Assembly (NCBI GenBank): GCA_051362555.1 | Contig: CM120640.1 | Coordinates: forward strand, 16,926,001 to 16,990,000 | Reading direction: 5' to 3' | DNA: 64,000 nucleotides | Origin: Lingula anatina | Taxonomy: Eukaryota > Animalia > Brachiopoda | In this document: positions 1 through 12,000 of the stretch, in pieces | How positions within the stretch are numbered: position 1 is the first letter of the stretch | Layout: the number at the start of each line of letters is the position of its first letter | Made by a program: the position numbers and the translations under genes | Notes under the pieces: generated by a model | Database searches by the model: none | Told to the model about the DNA's origin: nothing | Seen by the model: the letters and a program-made list of their open reading frames with translations, nothing else

Positions 1-176
1 TAACAGATCTGTGGACTAAATATGGCCTACCCACTTGAAAACTTGCTGCATAATCCTCTAATGGACTCTGCATAGATAGCCAGCAGAGATTATGCAGCAA
101 GCTTTCAAGTGGGTTGGCCATTTGTGATTGGTAGATCTGTTGGTCTGTGGATCAGCTTTGGTTTTGAATGCAGCCT
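1..176. mobile_element. Palindromic MITE, truncated by the window edge
   Basis: ATGGCCTACCCACTTGAAAACTTGCTGCATAATC vs GATTATGCAGCAAGCTTTCAAGTGGGTTGGCCAT inverted arms; ends GAATGCAGCCT followed by TAA. Confidence 0.6.
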
Positions 177-275
177 TAAGGATCTCCTGTTTGGATTGGT
201 AGTAATCTATAATTATATATATTGATATAATTTTTATTTAGAATTAAATGTTCAATGATCTATACTTAATTTCAG

Positions 276-3200
276 GACAGTCTTCAGACCTTGATCCTGG
301 ATGAAAACAGTCTGGGGATCACAGTTAATGAATCTAGGTTCCAATATAACCTAACACTGCCAGAAGCAGCAGAAAATTATATTTTCCTGCTCTCTGCCAA
401 TTGGGAAGATGCCTGGGGGTCTATGGAGTACCCAGATTGTCATCACAATTTTAAGTATTATGGAGGTAATTATACATGGATGTCAGCAGTATTTCACTTT
501 GGTTAGTCAAGTACTGATAGGAATGTTTATAATTTGCATTGCATATTGGAGGGGCAATGGTACATTTTATAAAATTGAAAATTTTCTTGGATGTTTCCAG
601 CCCTTTTCTATATCAGTTCAAATGTATGTTGAATATAAATTAATGCACGTTAGGCCTTTTTATATAAAAAAGGGAATTTTTCTGGTCATTTCAGCAGTTA
701 TCCTTTCAACACAAAGGTATACCCTATTCAAAGCCATTAAAAAGGTTAACTTCTACATGTATAAACCCCTTCTGGAGTTCTACTTTTCTAACCTATTACC
801 TTTATGAGTGAATTTCACTAGTCTTTATTATGACTTTTACTCAGAAGTTTGAAACTCACAACAAATTTTAGGTATCATAATTCCATGTTATGGTAAAACT
901 TAAATAATTTTGGGAAAACTGGGAAATCAAGTAGTATACTAGTTGTATGCCTTTAGGATTTGTGGTGATGTTGGATCTTTTTTAATCCAGAAGTACCTTC
1001 CTATGACAGTGCCTTCCATTTGGAGTCGAGTGAAGACAACATCATTGTTACCTGGAGCCCTCCCAGCTTTGACAGGGAAAGTGGCCATATCATTCAATAC
1101 ACAGTACAGAGTTGTGAAGCTACAAATACCAGCAAATGTCAGTCAGGTATACCATTAATTTTGTTATTTATTTCACTTTGGCAGAAAAAAAACATTTAAA
1201 CAAGAAATTAACCAAAATCTAATTTCCTTGAATGTATAGCATTTATTTTGCACCATGATATTCATTAAAATTTTTAAAGAAATGTTAAGATCTTAAAGTT
1301 AATTACACTCTAAGATACACTTGGGATCAGTAAACAGTATAGATATTTTGCCATTTACCCTTTTTAATTATTTAATTTTTATTTCTGTTTTACATTTTCC
1401 CCGTTTCATATGTAATGACACACATAAATAAAAATTAATATTCTTTTATCCAGTCACATTGGTACCTGACTGCCAGTGCAGCTTTCAATCATATGGCTGC
1501 AATCCTTCATGGCAAATCCAGATACCTAAGTTAAGGTCCTCCACAAACTACACAGTCAGTCTCAAGGCACATACCAGGTTTCATCAAAGCGTTTTGGCTG
1601 TTGACTATGTGACTACCAAACCAGGAATTAGTAATCACGGTAATGTTTTTAAAAGATTTCTGCTGTCACTGTTCTAAAAGTTAAAGGAAAAAGAGAAAAA
1701 TTATACATGCAACAATAAACAGATTTAATTTACCTTTTTTAAGTGTGTGTCCATGAACGTATTTACACCATATTTGGTGTGTTTGAACCTTTATATGAAC
1801 AATAACTGAGGCTGCAATATTTCCTCAAACAGAGATATGGCCAGGGACAATTTGGGGGGTTTATCAACCAAAAATTTATCTGAAAAACAGGATAATTTAG
1901 ATGGGCCTTACAGTTTATACAAGTGTCACCAAATGATTTAGTTTGGTGATATATTATAACCTAAAGATAGGGGATTAAAATGATACACATCATTTTGACT
2001 CTCTTTGTTTCCATGGTAACAAACCAAACGTTTTTCTTAGGGCTACGAATCACATGCTTTGAACACCCCCCTTCTATTTTTGTCAATATCTTCATCTTCA
2101 CAGGTCTTTGGGGTATAGTGTGATCAGGACTAACAGATATATCATTCATTCATTAATCTATTTATATATGAAATAAAAACTAACTGCTGTTCTACAACTT
2201 GTCCGTTGTAACAGATAGAACATATATGTCCGGACATATATATATATATATCGGTGCACTCAACTTCAGCTATCTCTTTCAAATTAACAAACAGTCTAAA
2301 ACGCTGTAGTGTTAGTTGGACTTTTTATTTTCATTTAACCTATTGTAATTTTTTTCTGGTTAAAACATGTATCTAACACATTTTAAAATCATGTGAAATT
2401 AATGTACTATCAACATGGCGGAGAGCTTAGACTGTTTCTTTGCATATCTTCCTGAGGGAAAACGCATATCTTGTGGTTTGTACTCTGCCTACAGATGTGA
2501 AAAAAATGTAATATACTGAGAAATTGCAACAGAGATATCAACAGTCATCTTTGTAACTTTCATGTGAAGTAAAACAGGGTGAGTTACGAAAACAAATCGA
2601 TTCTCGTCAGATGTGAATTTTTTTGTCTACAATTGGACATTTTCAAGTATCTTGGGGAATGTGAATGGGTTAGTAACATTTGGGTTAGTAATGAATTAGT
2701 AACATCATTGTACAGCAAAATGTTTAAATGAAATTAAATAAATTAATCAAACCCATTGTCTATATAGAAGAGAATGAATCAACTACAATTTTTTGCTATA
2801 AAAATGGCCAACTTTATTTTTCAGTACCTGTTTTAATTAATACAGCATGCAGTAATTTTTGAAACTTGATTTGGAGTGACCCATATCTGCCTAATATGTT
2901 CATGTGGTTTTATAGCTGAAGATGGAGATATATGCAATTAAAGATGGTAGTGTCAAAATTGGACTATGGGGGGGAGGGGTGTTATTAATGGGCGTGGTTC
3001 GCTCAAGCAGGGTCTAATCTGGATTCTACATATATCTGTTGCAAACGAAATGATTGTTTTCAATGTTTGTAAGGTCTAATATTTTTAGGTGTCACCATTT
3101 TTGTTTAATTTGCACAAAATATATCATTATTTTACCAAGGTGAAAATGGAGGCTCAAAGAGCCTACATAAGCCATTACCCATAATTAACTCTCTTAAGAA

Positions 3201-6200
3201 AAGGATATTTTTGGGATTCCTTCCTAATTCATGAATAACTTATCAATGTGCCTCCATACAACTGATTTGGTTGAAATCCACCAACCCCCACCTTGCCACC
3301 CTGGGCTGTTTCTCTCATGGACAAGCACTTAAATCCAAATGTTCATTTTCATTCCAGGTCAGCCCATTACTGGCTTTGTCATATTGGGTGCTGTTTTAGC
3401 TCTGGGTGTGATAGTGACCATAGCAGTATGTGCAGTTCGGTAAGTAAACTGTTTTTAGGTGCTAGCAGGTTTAAAAACTATACATATATATATCATGTGA
3501 TTAGAGGCAGTCACCTTATAAAAATTTCTTTCCAGAAAGCAAAATGAATTATTAACGATATTTAAAAAAAAAACAAACAAATTAGCATAAAAATGAAGCA
3601 AGATTTTGCAGGAGGAGAGGGGTAAAAAATTATGGTAGTCTTCAGCAAGTATGGTATGGCAATGAATTAAACAAAAAGAATTCATCCACAAATATTTTTC
3701 TCTGGTGGTTTTCTTAAGATGTGCTGAATGACAACAATTGTACAACAATACAAATTAACCACATTTTGTATGCCACTTTGGTATTATTTTCTAAGACTGG
3801 GTTCCCATACCAAGATTGTTCCATCTGTATCGAAAAATATCTATCAACTAACCGGCTTAAATGTCTGTCACGCCTACTGAATCAGCTAGGGGGTAAAGAT
3901 AATTACCCCCTTACAGCCTTACCAGGCGTGACAGACATTTAAGCTTGTTAAGTTGATGGCAATTAAGTGAGACTCCCCAAAGAGATAAATTGATCCAAAT
4001 ATCTGTGGGAATTGTCCCTAAGATGACATTTCGAACCGATAAACTTTCACCTAAAAGCAAACCCCACTTCATGCAGATTCTTGCACTTTTAGTAGTCTTG
4101 TATAAGGTCAGGCACTGCTGTCAGCCTCTTTTCAGTCTATCCAGGACGATATCCATTACTTAGGCATGTATTGGGTTGCTACAATATGGGTCAAGTGGAT
4201 TAAATTTTATCACCATCTTTCAGTATGAAAGTATGGTATATGATATGCTTTTTGTTTGAAATATGTGTGAAAAGTACTGCTTTTTCAGGTGGTTGAAATC
4301 TTCTATGCAGCCAATAGATATTGATGTCCCAGAAAATCCAGAAAAAGTTAGTACTGTAACAGTTAAACAATTTGCTTTCAAAGTGCCATAATGCATTTTA
4401 CAATCGAATCTTTATTATTTCCTCATCGATAACATAGTTTTTTTTCCTTGACAGTTATTATATCCAAAATAAATAAATAAATAATCACATGGCCCATCAC
4501 CCAATTCCCTAATCAGAATGAAAACTAAACGACAATATTTTTTATCATACTCAGTTTGCATGGTGTAACATTATTGAAAAAATACTATTGGGCAACATAT
4601 TGACTCTGTATTTTATCTACATAAGTATAGTTAATTTTCTTGTAATTTTTTACATCCATAGTTTCAGTACTTTGAAGATATGGACTCCTCCTCGAGTAGC
4701 CAGATGGCAGTTAGAAGACAGAGGGACGAAGACCGCATCGCAGGCCAGGAGGATAGTTCAGCCTTGGTACAGCAAGAAAGTCAGGAAAATGTACCCTGCA
4801 GAGTAAGGGATTTCTATTAATCCAAGTGATCTTTAAAGCCTCCTCTACACTGGGCGGCGCCCTTTTTTCGTCTTGTAGTATGGTCCTGTTTGAGAGTAAA
4901 AAAATAATGATAATAATTTACGCGCCGAAAACTGGCCGGTCATTAAGCATTCATTCTGCCACCAAGGCAATGCTTGTGCCTCCTTATACGACCACAACAA
5001 TGCCAGTTTCACAAAGTATGCAGAAAGGACACTGTCCAGTGTAAAGGGGGTTTAAAAAGGAGAAAAAAAAAATTTTTTTTTATTAATGATGTAATTCAGA
5101 TTAGAAGAATTTGATGAAACATATCAATTCACATGGTTTGTTGTGTTTTGTTCTGAAAGATGTGTAAATTGTTTGATTAAACAATAAAAGTCTTCTATTG
5201 TTTTCAGGGCTATCATTGGTGTCAGTATCTTTATTTGCACTTGAAATCGAAATTTTGCAGAAGGGCAAGAAGAAAGGAATTGTCTGAATTGAAGGTAATT
5301 GTAATTAAAATTACTTAAATATTTTTGTTTTAATGAAAACAACTCTTTATATCATCTTTCAAGTCCACAGTTTGCACAAGTTATTTTTTTTAAATTGAAA
5401 ACATCTGTCCAGTTAATTTGTCATTATTGTGGTTATCTATCCAGGGACTTGACAGACAGGACACCGTCCAAAGTGATGACAGTGGTTTGCCTCAATCCCC
5501 CACACCTCAATTCCTGAACAATACCTCTGATCCTGACCTGCCATTTGAGCAGCCACCACGGCCCATCTTGGACAACCAGGCACACCAACCTCCCTCTGGT
5601 GACACATCACATAGACATTCCTCTGCTGAGCTGGTGCTGAGATGCCCAACAGAAGACTTAGAAATTAATGCCAGTCACAGATGTGATAGTATAGGTTTGC
5701 AAATAACTAAACCTGCTGGTGATTTTACAGAGAGTGCAGAGGGTGAAGGAACCCTTGCTGGTCAAGGGAACAATCTCAGTAACCCTTGTAGCAGTGATGA
5801 GTGTTTGAATAGCAGTTACACACAGTTTGCTCTGGCAGAAACCCCCATGTTTTCTTCAGTGGAGACATTACCCGAGAGCCATAGTAGTAGTCAAGAATTT
5901 GTTTCACAGGAGGATTTGAGAAAATCTTTGACTAGAAACCTTGTAGCTGATGGTACATGTATATGTAGTCCTAACTCCATTGCATTGCCATTGACAACGT
6001 CATCATCTACAGATAGTTGTATTCCTCTTGTGACAACAGAGAATCCTAATTCCAAAGATGTTTCCATAGTTTGCCGCACAGATGGGTATGTGCCAAATCT
6101 CTCTTTAACATCTCCTGAACCAGGGTCTGTAAAGTATGCAAAATTTGAAAAGGATAGTACATGTAGTGACCCTAGTGATAAGTATGGAAAGTTGGGTACA

Positions 6201-7316
6201 CCAAATGCATCAAATGATTACGTTCGAGTTGCATGCAACCAGACAAAACGTCCTTCCCATACTGGGTCCAGTCGGCAGCATAACAGGCAGATAGATTCAA
6301 AACAAACTGAACCTAACATTTACTTTTCAAAACCTGCTGGCTCTTCGGGCTACTGGTCATTTTCAGAGATGGGGGATCAAAGTGCAACACCCCCATCATC
6401 ATCACCACCACCAGTTGGGAAGGCTGAGACTTCAGACAGTATGCAATGTGTGCCTAGCATTAGACTGGGGGCTGATAGACAAATGGCAGAGTGCTCCAGC
6501 TCTGATGGATATGTGAGTTCAGATGAGATGGGGCATGTTGGCTTTGGCAGTGCAACACAGGGGGAGCTTTCACCTTTTCCTGCTCAGGCAGAGCACAGAG
6601 TAAATTGTGACATTGCTCCTACATATGCAGGTGAATTGTCAAACGTACCTGGGATTGCAGTAGATGACTATGTGACAAAAGACACTTTGCTGCAGTTGTG
6701 TGGAAATCAGGGGGAAATTTTCCACACGGACACCAAAGGTAGCACAAATTTGTTAAATGCACAAAAGGACACCAAGAACATTAGAAATGGTCAAGATGAT
6801 GATGTTGATTCAGCACTAGGCTGTGCTTTAAATGACCAGTCCTCCTCCAGTGACCCATATGTGACTGCCAGTGTGTTCCAAAGGACTGGGGGCAATAGGA
6901 GTGAGGACTTTGTAGGTACACATGAACATGCTCCGTGTGTGACAGAAAATGACTGGCCAGTTGATGTTTCTGGTAATGATCCTCAACCTGCAGACAAATC
7001 AGATGTTAGTGACTATGTTGCTACAGTATTTTCTCCAAACCAAGAGACTTTTGAAAATGGTTATGTATCGGTAAGCATTCCTCAAGAGGCATCCATCAAG
7101 GAAGACATTCCAAAAGATTTTAGATGCAATGCCATATCAGCAGCTGGTCCTCTGAATGGCAATTATCTCTGTTCAGATGCTTCACACACATCTGATAAAG
7201 AAACCTCGCAAACTTCAGCAACCCCAGAACTTGGATCTTTTACCAAAGGTGTTAATAGTGGCGTTGAAAATGTCGGCAGTACCTCTTCTCCACTACAGTC
7301 TGGTTATGTACTCTAG
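276..7316 (+). CDS. Class I cytokine receptor (gp130/Domeless-like), long-tailed paralog A; 5' exons lie upstream of the window
   Basis: Phase-compatible GT-AG exons: 276-465, 991-1146, 1454-~1639 (FN3-type, e.g. IIVTWSPP..GHIIQYTV), 3358-3439 (TM GFVILGAVLALGVIVTIAVCAV), 4289-4346 (Box1-like IDIDVPENP), 4662-4802, 5208-5294, 5445-7316 (623-aa Ser/Asp-rich, Tyr-motif-rich terminal exon, i.e. the 632-aa ORF). Exon-by-exon similarity to the downstream paralog, which carries the cytokine-binding module. Confidence 0.8.
3795..4018. mobile_element. MITE family 1, copy a (PIF/Harbinger-like)
   Basis: TAA on both flanks; internal inverted repeat GCTTAAATGTCTGTCACGCCT / AGGCGTGACAGACATTTAAGC; homologous in reverse orientation to 40722-40950. 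Confidence 0.75.
4837..5052. mobile_element. MITE (Harbinger-like)
   Basis: Imperfect TIR AGCCTCCTCTACACTGGGC vs right-end reverse complement AACCCCCTTTACACTGGAC; TAA flanks. Confidence 0.6.
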
Positions 7317-9033
7317 CACAACTGTGCTCAGCTAATCAACATTGAAATTAATGTCCTTCTTGTGTTCTATTCTGTCTCATGTTCTAAATAATGTCACAAT
7401 ATTTAGTCATTAGTTGAATGTTCCTGATTCAGAACATATATTGTGTGTGTTTTAAGACAAAGATTTTCTCTGCATATCTGTATATATGTCACATATACTA
7501 GATATCATTTACATGTATGTATATATGTAAAAATATTATGTTACTGTTATGATCTTAATGACCGTGCTTTGGAATTGTGTAAGTTATACTCTCATACATG
7601 TATAACTCTACTTCTGGAGTTCTGATATTTTTGATACACATTTAGTCTACTTAAAAAAACATTAGTTTATGTTTGTACAAAGTGGCAAAATTATTTGTTT
7701 GTGTCTGTGTAGGCTTTCAGTGACTCGTTATGTATTTTAACTTCATGTCAACGAAAGTTGAAAATTTGCTGTATTACTCTAAAAAAATGTCAACTGAACA
7801 ATACACTTATCTTAGACTAGTATTTTGAAAATTTTAAACTAATTAGAAAGAAGAGAAGTTTTTACTTAATAATTACTTAATCCTGTTGAATATTTCTTAC
7901 ACCAGCTGGACAACTGCTGTAATACTTCCTCATATATGAATAAAAATGACAAATGAATAAAAATTTTAATGCATTATTATAATAATGGCTTCGTTTATTT
8001 TACCTACCAAACTGCCTTTAGATGTACATGAAAGTTTTTATCTTGACATATAACATATATAATATAATGTAATCATATGGCATATAATATAATCACATGG
8101 CTAGTAACCAGTTCCCTAAATAGAATGAAAACAATATGACCATATTTTTAGCATGCTCAGACTTACATTTCCAAGTTTATAAAAAAAAGTGGATATATTT
8201 CAAAGTAGCACTATTCTGATTTTTGGTTCATGTCTACCAGAATGTACAATGTATCTAATATTCTAGAATGAATGCTATTTCTAAATGTGAATTAATTTTG
8301 AAATTAGAGAGACATTGAATGCTGGCTTAATTTGACCTTGTAATTATTTCACATTGGGATTCAGTAGTACAATGCAGCTCAAGAATTGTGTTACAGGTAT
8401 GTTTTTATGCACCTAAAAAAGTTTTGCCTTTTTTTCTTTAAAAATCTACATTTTGTAGCTCTCAGTTTTTGCTTCAAAGCATGAACTAATGTATAGTTGA
8501 ATAGAATTTCAAAAGTTATCATAATTGGGTATTTATCTGTTGATTGTACTATTGATTTATCTGATAACATGATCATAGTTAAACCACATTTGTCCTTTCA
8601 CTTGTTTGACTATGTGATTACTGATATTACAAAGAGGGAAACTAGGTTAACAGTAAATCATAATGTATGGACTTTTGACTTTTGATCCCCTTAATATTAA
8701 AACAAGTGAGGTAAGTTTGAAATTTGTTGGTAGATATAATACAGTTGTCTCCAACTTGAAGGTTGATTGTGGTTTAAGAAATTTCAGACCAACATGTGGC
8801 ATTCATTTTATTTTCATTCAAATTTCCATACTCAAGCTAAAGCAATGCAGGTTAAACTATCAATATAAAGGGCATTTGAAGTTTTGTGTACATCAAACAC
8901 ACTGAGAACCCATGCATGCTTTAGATTAACAATATTACATGTAACTTTTTTTTGTAATTTTTCTCCTCTAGTTTCATAATCATGCATGTTTAGGAAGATG
9001 AGGAGGTAGCATATTAATTACCGGTTATTGAGG

Positions 9034-12000
9034 ATGGGTATCACAAGATATGTGCTACATTTGTATAAAGTTTTGCTGTTTTTACAAATGGCGAATTATT
9101 TAATTGCTGTTTTTGAAGGTACAGTATTTCTATATCGCTATACTCACTAAACCTCTTTTCATACTTACTAAACCTCTATTCAATGTAAATTTTGTGTCCA
9201 ACATGTCAAATTTTCTTCAGATGACCAAGACATTAGATGGTTATGCAGTACCATTTTTCAAATACATGAGATGGCAATGTTTATCATTTTTATAAATGAC
9301 AAAAATAAATAAACCTACTAAAGACAGTATACTAAAGACAGTATGATGATCATATTTATTCTTTTTAGCTCATCAGTGTAACCCCTTCACATCAGTTGGT
9401 TGCTTTGCAAAAATTCCAGCATGCATTTTTAACTGTAAAGGTACTTCTTTATTTGTACATCATACATGTATATACTGTATTGGTTAGAGCTGTCAGCTAG
9501 GTGTCAGGTCATCAAGCAGTTAATGAAAGTTTTATTTACTATGGCTTTTTGATCTGAAATCGATTTTTTTTTAACAGCCTGATGATAATTATCATCATTT
9601 TGAATTTCTTCAATAAGTGTAAACAGTAATTGGACTCACAGTGGCTATTTTTAAAATAATTTCATCAATGCAAACTGTTGATCTTTCCATTTTGCAACAT
9701 GCATGTTTTAAGTCCCCCCCCCCCTTTATTTTAGTCAGAATATCACCACTGGATCCACATGTAGCAGTTCCAAGTAGACTGATAATGTCTTCAGATGCCC
9801 AAACAGATGCACTGCCAGAACTGAACATTTCTTGCTCGTTACCACCTGAAACAAGTCTCACTTCGCAGGACATAACACTATGTTGCGACTGCAAAAATGA
9901 ACTGAAAAGGAAAGTTTTTTCAGCAGCAAAGTGTTGGAATGGTGAATGCCCTTCCACCTCTGCATACGCCACGACATCACATGTGACTTTTTCTATGTAT
10001 AATCTATCCTCTCTGGTCCTTGGCCATCTGATGGTCTGCTCCTGTGTCATTCCCCAGCTGACAGGTGGATATTTGATGTCTGAGCAAAGCACAATTTTCA
10101 TAGAAGGTTTGTCTCACAATTTTCTTTTTTTGCCTTTTTTTTTGTTTTTGTGAACATTTTTTTTATTATTGCCTACCTGTCACAGTCTGATATATGTCTC
10201 ACATTTGGTCTCTTTTTTTTTTTTTTTGCATTAATTACCCACAAAATTTATGCACAACTGATTACCATATGATTTCTTGATCATGCCATAGCTTAGCATG
10301 TGTACTTTTATCAATCAAGTCATATTAATTACCTGATCCATTGGTTAAAGTGAAATGGTGAAATCTCATTTGATTTTGGCATGTAGAAGCAGTGTAGTCT
10401 GGCCAAATAATCAATTGATTTGTATTTGGTATGGAGATGTTATTTTATGTGTGAAAATGAAATTTGATAATTTGATAGTTTTGTGAACTTTAAGCATCAT
10501 TGTAAGACAGTTTTTTGTTCATTTATTTTTTTTGGGGGGGGGGGAGATGAAAATATTGATTGTTTTCAAATGAGGAATTGCAAAACATAGTCTTATTTTA
10601 AAAAGTTTTATAAATGTACTTTACACTGCATATTGCTTTTTGTTTTTATATTACCAAGATGCACTGCATATTGTTTCTTGTCTTTATCAAGATTTTAAAA
10701 ACTTTCATTAATTTCTTGACTTTCAGAACTTCCAATCTATCCTCAAGAATTCAGGTGTATATCTTATAACCAAGAGAGAATGGAATGTCTTTGGTCATTT
10801 GACAACCATACCCAAGAAACAGGAATGTATTTTCAGTATAAGAAGTAAGATCTATTAATGCCAGCCAGAAGATCATTCAAATATTTAAAATGGAGCTCAT
10901 TCACTTTATCTGTGAAGTGTTTGTGTAGCTACAGCTCTTTTGTGGTTGGTTTTATTTAATTTATTCTATAAAGTGTAAATATATATTTAAAAAATTAAAA
11001 AACAATTAATTTAAGATTTTTGAAGAATAAATTATTAACATTGTACTCATGCTGAATAAATGGACAAAGCCTGGATCTTAATTCGATTCATCTTTCAGTG
11101 GTGACTTAAAAAGGTGTATCCCCAATGTACAGGTGTTTGCTAACAAGGCCACCTGCATGTTGACCGGTGGCGATTTCATTAAACCGGCAACCCTAAGTTA
11201 TTTTATATATAATCAGAACAAGTGGGGCGTAACCTGGAAAAATGACACACTAAGGACAGACTATAGAATAGGTAGGAATACATACTGTAAAATCATCTTA
11301 TAAGCTATAATAATGATATTTTATTTTAAACAATAAAATCAGAGTGATCAGAATGCAATATGCTAATTTATTTTTTACAAAAAAGATAAGTGCTTTCATG
11401 AAATGCAAATTTTACCAATATATTTGGTTCAATTATTTATACTTCTACTTGTTTTGAATTTAGAAAAACCAAACCCAGTGACTGGTGTGGAAGGTTCTAA
11501 TATCAACAGTACAGCAGTGGATGTGACATGGGATCCACCAGTGCATCTGGGGTTTCTCAGTTGTTGCAACAGTTCCCCCAGCAACAGAGGGTTATTGTAC
11601 ACAGTGCATTACATGTCCAGGTGGAATGAGGGGGTATTAACTATATTATATGATGCATTTGCCTGTCTATTGGGGTGAAACTTTTTTTTTTGAATTGATT
11701 GATGTTAAGATTAAAACTGAAATGTGATTTTAGACCAACTTTTTTCCTGGTAAGAATTATTCGCCAGTCGATCAATGATAGAATTATGTTCAACTTACAC
11801 ACTTGAGTTCACTGTCAATTTGTTCATTACTGACAGTACGATTTTTCATTAGAGTGGATGCAAACTAGATATTTTTCTTTTGCAGGTGGAAAAAATACAG
11901 TACAACTGCTGGAATGCCACAATGACATTAGGCCTGAGGCTAACTGGTTTACATCCTTTTTCTGAATACAACATTAGTGTGCAGGTCATTCCTGTTGGGG

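Noticed and set aside
5418-7316. 632-aa ORF as a stand-alone intronless gene
   Set aside because: Its start is a TTG in intron sequence; an acceptor at 5444 joins it in phase to the upstream TM and Box1 exons.
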